A DNA stretch of 64,000 bases from Minisyncoccia bacterium (GTDB lineage Bacteria; Patescibacteriota; Minisyncoccia; Phycocordibacterales; UBA9973). Below, piece after piece: positions 56,650 to 64,000 of this stretch (position 1 is the stretch's first letter; every line of letters begins with the position of its first letter). The notes under the pieces were generated by a model that searched no databases, was not told the DNA's origin, and saw only the letters and a program-made list of their open reading frames with translations. The stretch spans positions 100,137 through 164,136 of the forward strand of contig JBDHUP010000001.1 in assembly GCA_039809245.1 (NCBI GenBank), in the 5' to 3' direction. The position numbers and the translations under genes were made by a program.

Positions 56650-56653
56650 ATAA

Positions 56654-57040
56654 TTACCAAAGTTTAAATAAAACTTCACCGCCGACCATTTCTTTGCGAG
56701 CTTGTTTGTCTGTTAAAATTCCTTTTGGTGTTGTAAGAACCATTAATCCGAAACCATTGCGTGTAGGCTTAATAGCTTTTACTCCTTTGTAGACTCTGCG
56801 TGATGATTTTGAAACGCGTTCTACTCCATTAACTCTAGGTTTACCATCTGCATAAGCAAGGCCAAGTTCAAGAATTGGAAAGCCTTTCTTTGTCTTTTTT
56901 GATACTGAAGTAAGGAATCCTTCTTTTACTAGGCATTCTGCTATAGCAAATTTAATCTTTGAATATGGAACAGTAACAAACTCGTGTTCAGCACGAGAGC
57001 CATTCTTTATCATATTCACCATGTTTGCGATTTGATCCAT
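56654..57040 (-). CDS. rpsH: 30S ribosomal protein S8
   Basis: Reads MDQIANMVNMIKNGSRAEHEFVTVPYSK... Confidence 0.9.
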   Translation of the reverse strand: MDQIANMVNMIKNGSRAEHEFVTVPYSKIKFAIAECLVKEGFLTSVSKKTKKGFPILELGLAYADGKPRVNGVERVSKSSRRVYKGVKAIKPTRNGFGLMVLTTPKGILTDKQARKEMVGGEVLFKLW

Positions 57041-57052
57041 ATAGTTTAATTA

Positions 57053-57238
57053 TTACCAACTTGATTTACGAACACCTGGAAGCATACCTTCGTTTGCCAT
57101 TTCACGGAAACAGATACGGCAAAGTCCGAAATCTCTCATATATGCATGACCGCGTCCACAGCGAAAACAACGATTTGTTTCTCGTGTTGAAAATTTTGAT
57201 TTCTTATGATGTCTTGCTAATACTGATGTTTTTGCCAT
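57053..57238 (-). CDS. rpsN: 30S ribosomal protein S14, type Z (zinc-binding)
   Basis: 61 aa with [20 protein letters not shown]. Confidence 0.9.
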   Translation of the reverse strand: MAKTSVLARHHKKSKFSTRETNRCFRCGRGHAYMRDFGLCRICFREMANEGMLPGVRKSSW

Positions 57239-57382
57239 AAATAATGAAAGGGATTTTGTTCCCCTAGTGATTTCGAGATATCTCGTTCTTTTTCTTAAAA
57301 GCTTTGGCCCTTAAGGAGAAGCACGGATCTACGACTCACGTTCCCCTATACTAGCAGATAGGGTTATCTATGTCAAACTATT

Positions 57383-57805
57383 CTATTTACAGTTAATACC
57401 AGCTCTATATCCTGGTTCTTCTAGTTCAGTAGTATAGAAACCTTTACTGTCAGCACAATAGTACTTACCTGCTGGGACCTTGATACGAGCTGTGAATGTA
57501 TGGACATTGGCAACACATTCGACAGGGTTATCTATCACCTTCTTTAAGGCATCGAACTTAGATTGCATACTTACACAGATGTTGTTGTACTTAGAAATAA
57601 AGTAGTTATTGTGATCGTAGAAGAACTTTTGAGCTTGGATTTGAAGCTGATTTGAGACAACGTCTTTAATTATAGCTTCAGCAGAAGCTGTATCCTTTGC
57701 TTTTAGAGATCTTTGGAATTCAGCATTCTGATCGAGTTTGAAATATTTATATCCAGCGAATATTAGTATCGCAAATCCTATAATAAACAATATTAGCTTA
57801 GTCAT
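57383..57805 (-). CDS. Hypothetical membrane-anchored protein inserted between rplE and rpsN
   Basis: N-terminal TM segment (LILFIIGFAILIFAGY). C-terminal domain has 4 Cys. Sits between rplE and rpsN. Confidence 0.45.
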   Translation of the reverse strand: MTKLILFIIGFAILIFAGYKYFKLDQNAEFQRSLKAKDTASAEAIIKDVVSNQLQIQAQKFFYDHNNYFISKYNNICVSMQSKFDALKKVIDNPVECVANVHTFTARIKVPAGKYYCADSKGFYTTELEEPGYRAGINCK

Positions 57806-57836
57806 ATTTTCATTATACCATCTACCTCCAAATCAA

Positions 57837-57858
57837 AAAGCCCTTTGCGGGGCTTTTA
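57837..57858 (-). terminator. Strong rho-independent terminator immediately downstream of rplE, inside the spc block
   Basis: aaaagccc tttgcg gggctttt hairpin, followed by a T-run on the minus strand. Confidence 0.65.
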
Positions 57859-57865
57859 TGGAAAC

Positions 57866-58405
57866 CTACTTTTTGAATGGGAACCCGATGAGTTCGAAGA
57901 ATTCGGTTGCTTCAGGCTTTGTTTTAGCTGTTGTAACGATTGTTACGGCCAGTCCGAATATATCTTTGATATCTTCATCACCTGTCTCAGGGAAAATAGT
58001 GTGCTCCTTGATACTCATAGTTAGGTTTCCTATATTATCCACGATCTTTCGATCAACTCCACGGAAGTCTTTTGTTCGAGGGATAGCTACATTAATTAGC
58101 TTATCTAAGAATCCATACATGCGTGCTCCACGAAGAGTAACCATAACACCGATTGGGTCACCTTGGCGCATCTTGAAGCTTGCGATAGATTTCTTTGCTC
58201 CACGAGTTGCAGGCTTCTGACCTGTAATCTTTGCTAGACGCTCCATGATGAACTTATTGCGATCTTTATCACGCTTGATACCACTTCCAGTACCTGAAGC
58301 CACAACAACTTTTACAAGATGAGGCGCGGCCATAGAACTCTTATATCCATACTTAGATTTTAGAGTCGTATATGCTTTCTTTTCTTTTTGTTTTACTGTT
58401 TCCAT
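57866..58405 (-). CDS. rplE: 50S ribosomal protein L5
   Basis: 179 aa with canonical L5 sequence. Confidence 0.9.
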   Translation of the reverse strand: METVKQKEKKAYTTLKSKYGYKSSMAAPHLVKVVVASGTGSGIKRDKDRNKFIMERLAKITGQKPATRGAKKSIASFKMRQGDPIGVMVTLRGARMYGFLDKLINVAIPRTKDFRGVDRKIVDNIGNLTMSIKEHTIFPETGDEDIKDIFGLAVTIVTTAKTKPEATEFFELIGFPFKK

Positions 58406-58423
58406 AATATTTAAATTCTTACG

Positions 58424-58642
58424 TTACTTTTGTAGAGCTACATTTGATACGTGTATAGGCATTGCGATCTCAAGTATTTGACCTTGCTCACCACGCTTTG
58501 TAGCCTTGCGAGACTTCTTTCTCACGTTTACACCTTCAACTACCACCTTATTCTCGGCTGGAATTGCTTTGATAACTTTGCCTTTCTTTCCTTTGTTTGC
58601 TCCGGCAATTACTATTACATTGTCTCCTTTCTTGATTTTCAT
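58424..58642 (-). CDS. rplX: 50S ribosomal protein L24. The start is the internal Met MKIKKGD.
   Basis: KOW motif [20 protein letters not shown]. Confidence 0.85.
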   Translation of the reverse strand: MKIKKGDNVIVIAGANKGKKGKVIKAIPAENKVVVEGVNVRKKSRKATKRGEQGQILEIAMPIHVSNVALQK

Positions 58643-58652
58643 ATAAATGTAT

Positions 58653-59024
58653 TTAAATAACTTCTTGTGCAAGTGAAATAATCTTCTGGTATCCTCGCTC
58701 TGCAAGCTCGCGTGGAATAGGACCGAATACACGACCACCTCTTGGATCTTGCTTATCTTTTTCTAAAATAACAACCGCATTGTCGTCAAAGCGAATATAT
58801 GATCCATCCTTTCGGCGGAAAGCCTTCACTGTACGAACAACAACGGCCTGACATACATCCTTTTTCTTCACTCCTTTACGAGGTTCAGCAATCTTCACTG
58901 AGATGATAACTTTATCACCTATACCAGCATAGCGACGCTTAGAAGATCCAAGCACCTTGAAAACTTTTCCCACCTTTCCACCGGCGTTATCTGTTATATT
59001 TACTACTGTTCCATCTTGTATCAT
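58653..59024 (-). CDS. rplN: 50S ribosomal protein L14
   Basis: [17 protein letters not shown]. Confidence 0.9.
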   Translation of the reverse strand: MIQDGTVVNITDNAGGKVGKVFKVLGSSKRRYAGIGDKVIISVKIAEPRKGVKKKDVCQAVVVRTVKAFRRKDGSYIRFDDNAVVILEKDKQDPRGGRVFGPIPRELAERGYQKIISLAQEVI

Positions 59025-59031
59025 ATAATTT

Positions 59032-59277
59032 TTATGCTACTACTTTAAACTTCTTATCTTTAGAAATTGGACGAGTTTCCTCTATTTCAACCATATCACC
59101 AATCTTCTTCGTATTATCCTCATCATGAGCTTTGTATTTCTTTGACTTCTTAATGCGCTTGCCGTACTTACTGTGCTCCACGAAACGTGTAACTTCTACG
59201 ACAATTGTCTTATTCATCTTGTCTGAAACGACAACACCTTTAAGAATTTTATTTGGTTTTATATCTTTTTTATCCAT
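59032..59277 (-). CDS. rpsQ: 30S ribosomal protein S17. The start is probably the internal Met MDKKDIK.
   Basis: Reads [29 protein letters not shown]... Confidence 0.85.
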   Translation of the reverse strand: MDKKDIKPNKILKGVVVSDKMNKTIVVEVTRFVEHSKYGKRIKKSKKYKAHDEDNTKKIGDMVEIEETRPISKDKKFKVVA

Positions 59278-59281
59278 ATAA

Positions 59282-59698
59282 TTATCGTGCAACTACGCGA
59301 GTGGTAACTGGTAATTTTGTACCGGCTTTGCGAAGAGCTTCTTTAGCAACAGCTTCAGATACTCCATCAACTTCAAATAGTACTCGGCCTGGGCGAACGT
59401 CTAGGCAGTAACCTTGTGGATCACCTTTACCCTTTCCCATTCCTACTTCTGCCGGCTTTGCTGTAAAAGGTCTGTCAGGGAAAACTCGAATCCACATACG
59501 GCCAGTCTTGCCGATAGTACGTGAAGTAACTTTACGTGCTGATTCTATCTGATTTGCACGGATACGTCCACCTGCAGTAGCTTTCAAGCCATATGATCCG
59601 AAGGCAACAGTAATACCACGAGTGTCAGGAGTGACCTTTGTCATGTCGGTACGGCTTGTTTGCCATTTTCTAAATTTTACTTTTTTTGGTGTTAACAT
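59282..59698 (-). CDS. rplP: 50S ribosomal protein L16
   Basis: Reads [16 protein letters not shown]... Confidence 0.9.
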   Translation of the reverse strand: MLTPKKVKFRKWQTSRTDMTKVTPDTRGITVAFGSYGLKATAGGRIRANQIESARKVTSRTIGKTGRMWIRVFPDRPFTAKPAEVGMGKGKGDPQGYCLDVRPGRVLFEVDGVSEAVAKEALRKAGTKLPVTTRVVAR

Positions 59699-59712
59699 AA
59701 AATTATTTATTA

Positions 59713-60375
59713 CTATTTTTTATCTGCATTAAAAACTTCTCCACGGTAAATCCATACTTTAATACCGATATCTCCATAACTCATATGAGCTTTCTCGCGA
59801 GCGAAATCAACATCAGCACGGAAAGTCTGAAGTGGGATTGAACCACGTTTGATCTGTTCAGAACGAGCAATTTCAGATCCAGCTAGACGGCCTCCAATGT
59901 AAATACGTGCCCCTTTTACTCCTCGAGCAGACATTATCTTCTCGATACTCTGCTTCATCACACGTCGGTAAGGAAGACGCTTCTCTAAACCTTCAGCAAT
60001 CATGCAAGCAACAATAGCAGCATCAGCATCAGGATTTGTAACTTCAACAATGTCGAATTTAAAGTCTTCAGCCATAACAATACCTTTCTTTTGCATTGCT
60101 TTTAGAAGATCAGCTTTTAACTTAGCAGCCCCCTCACCAGAACGGCCAATAATCATACCAGGGCGTGATGTGTGGACCATAACCTTTGTCGCTTTAACGT
60201 TTCTTTCGATCTCAACTCGAGATACATAGAATCCACGTAGTTTCTTTAGAAGAAATTCACGGATAACAACATCACTCTTTAGAAGATCTTTATATTTCTT
60301 ATCAGCAAACCAGCGTGATTTCCAATCACGAAGGGTTACAAGTCTATGTGCATATGGGTGTACTACTTTTGACAT
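59713..60375 (-). CDS. rpsC: 30S ribosomal protein S3
   Basis: 220 aa with KH domain and S3 C-terminal domain. Confidence 0.9.
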   Translation of the reverse strand: MSKVVHPYAHRLVTLRDWKSRWFADKKYKDLLKSDVVIREFLLKKLRGFYVSRVEIERNVKATKVMVHTSRPGMIIGRSGEGAAKLKADLLKAMQKKGIVMAEDFKFDIVEVTNPDADAAIVACMIAEGLEKRLPYRRVMKQSIEKIMSARGVKGARIYIGGRLAGSEIARSEQIKRGSIPLQTFRADVDFAREKAHMSYGDIGIKVWIYRGEVFNADKK

Positions 60376-60377
60376 AA

Positions 60378-60809
60378 TTATTTATCCTCTTTTATAACTT
60401 TCTTTTTAGCGACTTTTTTAACTTTTGGTGTCTTTTCTTTCATTTCTGCTTTTTCTTCCTTTGTAGCCTTTACCTTCTTAGCCACTGTCTTCTCTACAAG
60501 AGTAAGAGCCACGTGGCTAGTACGCTTGTTGATACGTGAAGCAGATCCTTGAGCACGAGGCATAGAACGCTTCAAGACAATACCTTTATTTACTGTAACA
60601 TTTTCAACATATAAATCAGTATCTGAGATACCAGCTTGGCGAGCATTAGCAACAGCTGACTTCAAAAGGTCTTCTATCGGCTTTGAAGCTCTCTTTGGCA
60701 TTGCGTGCAAATGAACAAAAGCATCAGCAACCCTTTTGCCTTTTAGTAAGTCTGCTACAAGGCGAACCTTGCGTGGAGACTGTCTATAGTTTTTCAAAAA
60801 TGCTTTCAT
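60378..60809 (-). CDS. rplV: 50S ribosomal protein L22, with a Lys-rich C-terminal extension
   Basis: Reads MKAFLKNYRQSPRKVRLVADLLKGK... Confidence 0.9.
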   Translation of the reverse strand: MKAFLKNYRQSPRKVRLVADLLKGKRVADAFVHLHAMPKRASKPIEDLLKSAVANARQAGISDTDLYVENVTVNKGIVLKRSMPRAQGSASRINKRTSHVALTLVEKTVAKKVKATKEEKAEMKEKTPKVKKVAKKKVIKEDK

Positions 60810-60818
60810 AGTTTAATG

Positions 60819-61160
60819 TTATTTCTTTGAGTCAGTCGAAGCTTTCGCGGCTTTGGAAGCGGATATTTCGGCTTCTTTCTTCTTAATCTCTAATTCTTTC
60901 TGCATCTTACCTCCGTGTCTGACGAACTTACGAGTTAGGGAGAATTCACCGAGTCGGTGACCTACCATATCTTCACTCACCAGGACTTCTACGTGTGTCT
61001 TACCATTATGAACTCCGAACACGAATCCTACCATTTCTGGAGAAATTACGCATGCGCGAGACCAGGTTTTAATCATACCTGTTTCAATAGGTTTCTTGCC
61101 GGCAATCTTTTTCAAGAGCCTTTCGTCTACGTATGGACCTTTTTTGAGTGACCTTGTCAT
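60819..61160 (-). CDS. rpsS: 30S ribosomal protein S19, with a Lys/Ala-rich C-terminal tail
   Basis: Reads [19 protein letters not shown]...GHRLGEF. Confidence 0.9.
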   Translation of the reverse strand: MTRSLKKGPYVDERLLKKIAGKKPIETGMIKTWSRACVISPEMVGFVFGVHNGKTHVEVLVSEDMVGHRLGEFSLTRKFVRHGGKMQKELEIKKKEAEISASKAAKASTDSKK

Positions 61161-61336
61161 ATACAATATAAATAAGCTCTTCTGAGCTCGTCCGTCTATA
61201 CTAGCAAATATAGAAATAAAGTCAAATTACTTCCCCTCCCCTATATCATATACATAACCCTTATTTGACAAAACCCACAATAAAGGTAGGATTAAGAAAA
61301 ATTCACAATATTTCAAAACAAACAAAATAATAGAGT

Positions 61337-62098
61337 ATGAACAAGTCACAAACTCAAGATTTGATTAACCAATATGGTTATGACAATCTTAAACTTCTTG
61401 AAGCTGTTGGTGGTTTTTATGAAGTTGCAAAAAATGCCGAGGGTAAACGTTTAACACCTTTAGTTGGCTATGCTGGTAAATACCCAAAAAATGGCCAGGA
61501 ATTTCAATACGTTGGGGAAGTTTATGTGAACTTTGCGAAAGCAGAGGAGCATCCCCACATAATGTACAACTTCGCCAAAAAGCTTTGGGACAAGTTAAAA
61601 ATCCATGAGCCTATAGTATTTATTGGGCCAGCAATGGGTGGCATTTCGGTGGCACAACTCTTAACACTACATGCTTCACAAGACACCAAAGCCAGGTATG
61701 CTTGTGCTGAGAAAATTGTTACGGTAGCAAAAACTGCAACCACTGAAGAACAATCTTCTTTTTCTATCTTAAGGCACAGCCTCTACCCCGGAGAAACAGT
61801 TGGAATTGTTGAAGATGTATTGAACAATTTTTCTACAACGGATAAATTAATCCGGCTTGTAGAATCGTACGGGGCAAAGGTTGGTATTATTGTTGGACTT
61901 TTAAACCGTTCAACAAAAATTGATTCAGTATACATGCACAGAGGTCAACCAATCCCTGTTGTTTCTTTAATAAGAAAATTATTTGAAAGTTACGAGCAGG
62001 AAGATCTGTATGTAATTGAAGATGTGGCAACCGACAATGTAGTTTGGAAGCCAAAGAATGACTGGGATAAATTAAAAAAGGCTGCTGAGAAAAAATAA
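61337..62098 (+). CDS. pyrE: Orotate phosphoribosyltransferase-like type I PRTase
   Basis: PRPP-binding motif VGIVEDVLNNFSTTDKLI. pyrF is adjacent. Confidence 0.5.
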   Translation: MNKSQTQDLINQYGYDNLKLLEAVGGFYEVAKNAEGKRLTPLVGYAGKYPKNGQEFQYVGEVYVNFAKAEEHPHIMYNFAKKLWDKLKIHEPIVFIGPAMGGISVAQLLTLHASQDTKARYACAEKIVTVAKTATTEEQSSFSILRHSLYPGETVGIVEDVLNNFSTTDKLIRLVESYGAKVGIIVGLLNRSTKIDSVYMHRGQPIPVVSLIRKLFESYEQEDLYVIEDVATDNVVWKPKNDWDKLKKAAEKK

Positions 62099-62118
62099 CT
62101 CAACAGCAAGGCAAAAAT

Positions 62119-62150
62119 AAAAAGCAGAATTTAATAATTCTGCTTTTTAA
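62119..62150. terminator. Bidirectional terminator between pyrE (+) and pyrF (-)
   Basis: aaagcagaatta/taattctgcttt palindrome flanked by A/T runs. Confidence 0.6.
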
Positions 62151-62165
62151 ATTTATTCTCTTTTT

Positions 62166-63110
62166 TTATGCAAACTCGCCATATTTTTTACGGCGGAATG
62201 CCATGATCTTACCATTCAAATCCACAATATAATTGTTACACACCTCGGCATAATCTTCATTTTTGGAACCATACAACGCTGCCCGGGAAACATTAAGGAC
62301 AATTCGTCCTCTTCTCGTCATGCCGGCATCAAGCGATGCTTCAAGATCACCTTCCTGTGTACCGTGACCAGGAATTAGTAAGTAGCGATCGTCACCAATT
62401 ATTCGGCGAACAGCTGCCATGTTTTCAGGATACGTTGCCCCGGTAACAAGGCCTACATTAGGTGACCAGGTAATAGCTTTCTTTGCCACGTTTTGATAAA
62501 GCGGTAAAATTTCACCGTTCAAATTAGCTGTAACAATTTTATCCCACCAATCCATCTTGCCAACTCCATCTGGTATGGCAGCAGGATTAAAAGGAAGAGT
62601 CCATAAACCTTGGATTTCATCAGCTTTTTCATTCGATGTCTGGCAAAGGACAAAAACTAACTTATCTCTTAATACTTCTTTTTCATCAACCATCTTAAAA
62701 AAGAACGGCTTATTAGCTTCGCCACCTAAATAAGGAGCAATTGTAAAGGCATCAAATATTTCCAGCATTTCCATATAAGCCATGTTTGTATTGCCAATGT
62801 CTCCACGTTTTCCATCTCCAATTAAAAAAACATCTGGAAATTTTTTTCTGATATACCTTACAATTTCCTCAAGCATTGATATGCCCTCGCCACCAAACCG
62901 TTCGAAAAAAGCCAGGTTGGGTTTATATGATTGTACATTACCACCGGTGGCAACAATGATATTAAGAAGAAAATCATAACAAGCAGTTATTTTTTCCTTT
63001 AAACCATCGCCTTTTACACTTTTTGGTAGTTTATCATAGTCTACATCGAGACCAAGACAACTGTAGCGCCCTAAGGCAGCTAAATTAGAGAGAATCTTGT
63101 TGTAATTCAT
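62166..63110 (-). CDS. pyrF: Orotidine-5'-phosphate decarboxylase, long type-2 form
   Basis: DxKxxDIxxT motif (IGDGKRGDIGNT). 314 aa. Confidence 0.7.
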   Translation of the reverse strand: MNYNKILSNLAALGRYSCLGLDVDYDKLPKSVKGDGLKEKITACYDFLLNIIVATGGNVQSYKPNLAFFERFGGEGISMLEEIVRYIRKKFPDVFLIGDGKRGDIGNTNMAYMEMLEIFDAFTIAPYLGGEANKPFFFKMVDEKEVLRDKLVFVLCQTSNEKADEIQGLWTLPFNPAAIPDGVGKMDWWDKIVTANLNGEILPLYQNVAKKAITWSPNVGLVTGATYPENMAAVRRIIGDDRYLLIPGHGTQEGDLEASLDAGMTRRGRIVLNVSRAALYGSKNEDYAEVCNNYIVDLNGKIMAFRRKKYGEFA

Positions 63111-63240
63111 CGTATTTAGTTTTAAGTGAAAATTATTGTTTGATTCAAAAGCCCAGAAAAGGCGCTTAAATCAAACAATAATAACCATCACAATTTCGTG
63201 AAATTCTACTGTAAATATAATAATTAGTCAAACAGAGGTT

Positions 63241-63627
63241 TTAGAAGATAAAAATTTTCGGGAGGAAAATTATCAGTCCGACTAGGCCGGCGATGGCGAC
63301 GGTTATGAGAACTGCACCAGCGGCGACATCTTTTGTATCGCGAGCATATGGATGATAGTTCGGACTAGTAAGGTCAACTTCAATTTCAATAGCAGTATTT
63401 ATCGTCTCAGCGAGAATAACGAGGCCGATTGCGAAAATTATAGCGATCCACTCCAAAGATGATATATGTAAGATAATACCAAGATATATAGCTAAAACTG
63501 AAAAGAAAACGTGGACCCATGCATTGTGAGTAGTCCTGATGAAAACTCCTATGCCACGAAATGCATGAGTAGTACTCTTTATCCTTTTGACTATTGAGAA
63601 TCTTTTCTTTTCTGATAGCTTTTCCAT
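63241..63627 (-). CDS. dgkA: Diacylglycerol/undecaprenol kinase (DgkA family). The start is the internal Met MEKLSEKK.
   Basis: Three TM helices and the motif ETINTAIEIEVD. Confidence 0.7.
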   Translation of the reverse strand: MEKLSEKKRFSIVKRIKSTTHAFRGIGVFIRTTHNAWVHVFFSVLAIYLGIILHISSLEWIAIIFAIGLVILAETINTAIEIEVDLTSPNYHPYARDTKDVAAGAVLITVAIAGLVGLIIFLPKIFIF

Positions 63628-63642
63628 TGCTTTAGTATACAA

Positions 63643-63670
63643 CAAAAATACCCCTTTCGGGGTATTTTTG
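63643..63670 (-). terminator. Rho-independent terminator immediately after rplB
   Basis: caaaaatacccc tttc ggggtatttttg hairpin flanked by T-runs. Confidence 0.6.
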
Positions 63671-63675
63671 TTTTT

Positions 63676-64000
63676 TATCCTTTCTTTGATTTTCCTACCT
63701 TTCGGCGAGAAACAATCCACATATTTGAGTACTTCTTTGGAGTGCGAGTCTTCTGACCTTTTCCAGATGGCTTACCCCACTTAGTCTTAGCACGGCGTAG
63801 ACCTCGTCCTTGTGCTCCTTCACCTCCTCCGTATGGGTGATCAACTGGGTTCATAGCACTTCCTCGAACTGTAGGTCGGATACCCTTCCAGCGAGAACGT
63901 CCTGCTTTACCAAAGTTTTGAAGTTTATATTCAGAGTTTGAAACTTCACCAATTGAAGCGTAACAATTTTCAGAAACTTTTCGAACTTCTGTTGATGGCA
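63676..64000 (-). CDS. rplB: 50S ribosomal protein L2. C-terminal part only; the N-terminus lies beyond the window end.
   Basis: Translation reads ...[62 protein letters not shown]-stop. Confidence 0.9.

Noticed and set aside
56135-56653. 172-aa + strand ORF antisense to rplF
   Set aside because: It overlaps the conserved L6 gene. An antisense artefact.
58424-58738. N-terminal 32 residues of the ORF-track entry for rplX, and likewise the first 10 residues of the rplF ORF
   Set aside because: The extensions overlap the upstream genes and do not match L24 or L6. The internal Met start was used instead.
1-64000. CRISPR arrays, integrases, transposases and prophage genes
   Set aside because: No regularly spaced repeat-spacer array and no recombinase-like ORF was recognised. 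The mobile-element suggestions above rest only on terminal repeats and palindromes.

Overview
Low-GC, gene-dense bacterial chromosome segment. The gene content fits a reduced-genome Candidate Phyla Radiation (Patescibacteria)-type organism (inference from no L30, a large type IV pilus/competence locus, class II RNR and many small membrane ORFs). Most genes lie on the minus strand.

Main blocks, in order:
1. RF2 (partial), tRNA-Thr and a tRNA cluster (Met-CAU x2, Asp, plus a tRNA-Asp fragment).
2. ligA-gatC-gatA fused onto a long type IV pilus operon (pilM-N-O-x-pilB-receiver-pilT-pilC-pilA-pilD plus four or five minor pilins), with divergent comF.
3. An accessory patch: an ATP-grasp ligase, a second pilin flanked by two paralogous small membrane proteins, dedA, an unusual tRNA-Ser-like gene and malic enzyme.
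4. A cobalamin module on one strand: ArsR, a toroid-repeat surface protein, a DUF4430 protein, PduO-type adenosyltransferase, B12-dependent class II RNR and an ECF-S-like membrane protein.
5. A histidine kinase/receiver pair, recG, tRNA-Ile(UAU), ftsH, tmRNA-smpB, truB, infC-rpmI-rplT, ndk, a 913-aa P-loop ATPase, map and tandem zinc-ribbon proteins.
6. The conserved S10/spc/alpha ribosomal block (rplB ... secY-adk) with several departures from the canonical order.

Most notable findings:
- The B12-salvage module, with a transcobalamin-like architecture split across two adjacent genes.
- A pyrE/pyrF/dgkA insertion between rplB and rpsS.
- Absence of L29 and L30, and an ORF plus terminator inserted between rplE and rpsN.
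- tRNA-Ile(UAU).
- Duplicated ends of a tRNA gene and of ssrA, suggesting past integration or duplication events.
- A palindromic element abutting tRNA-Ile, and another palindrome in-frame inside truB.
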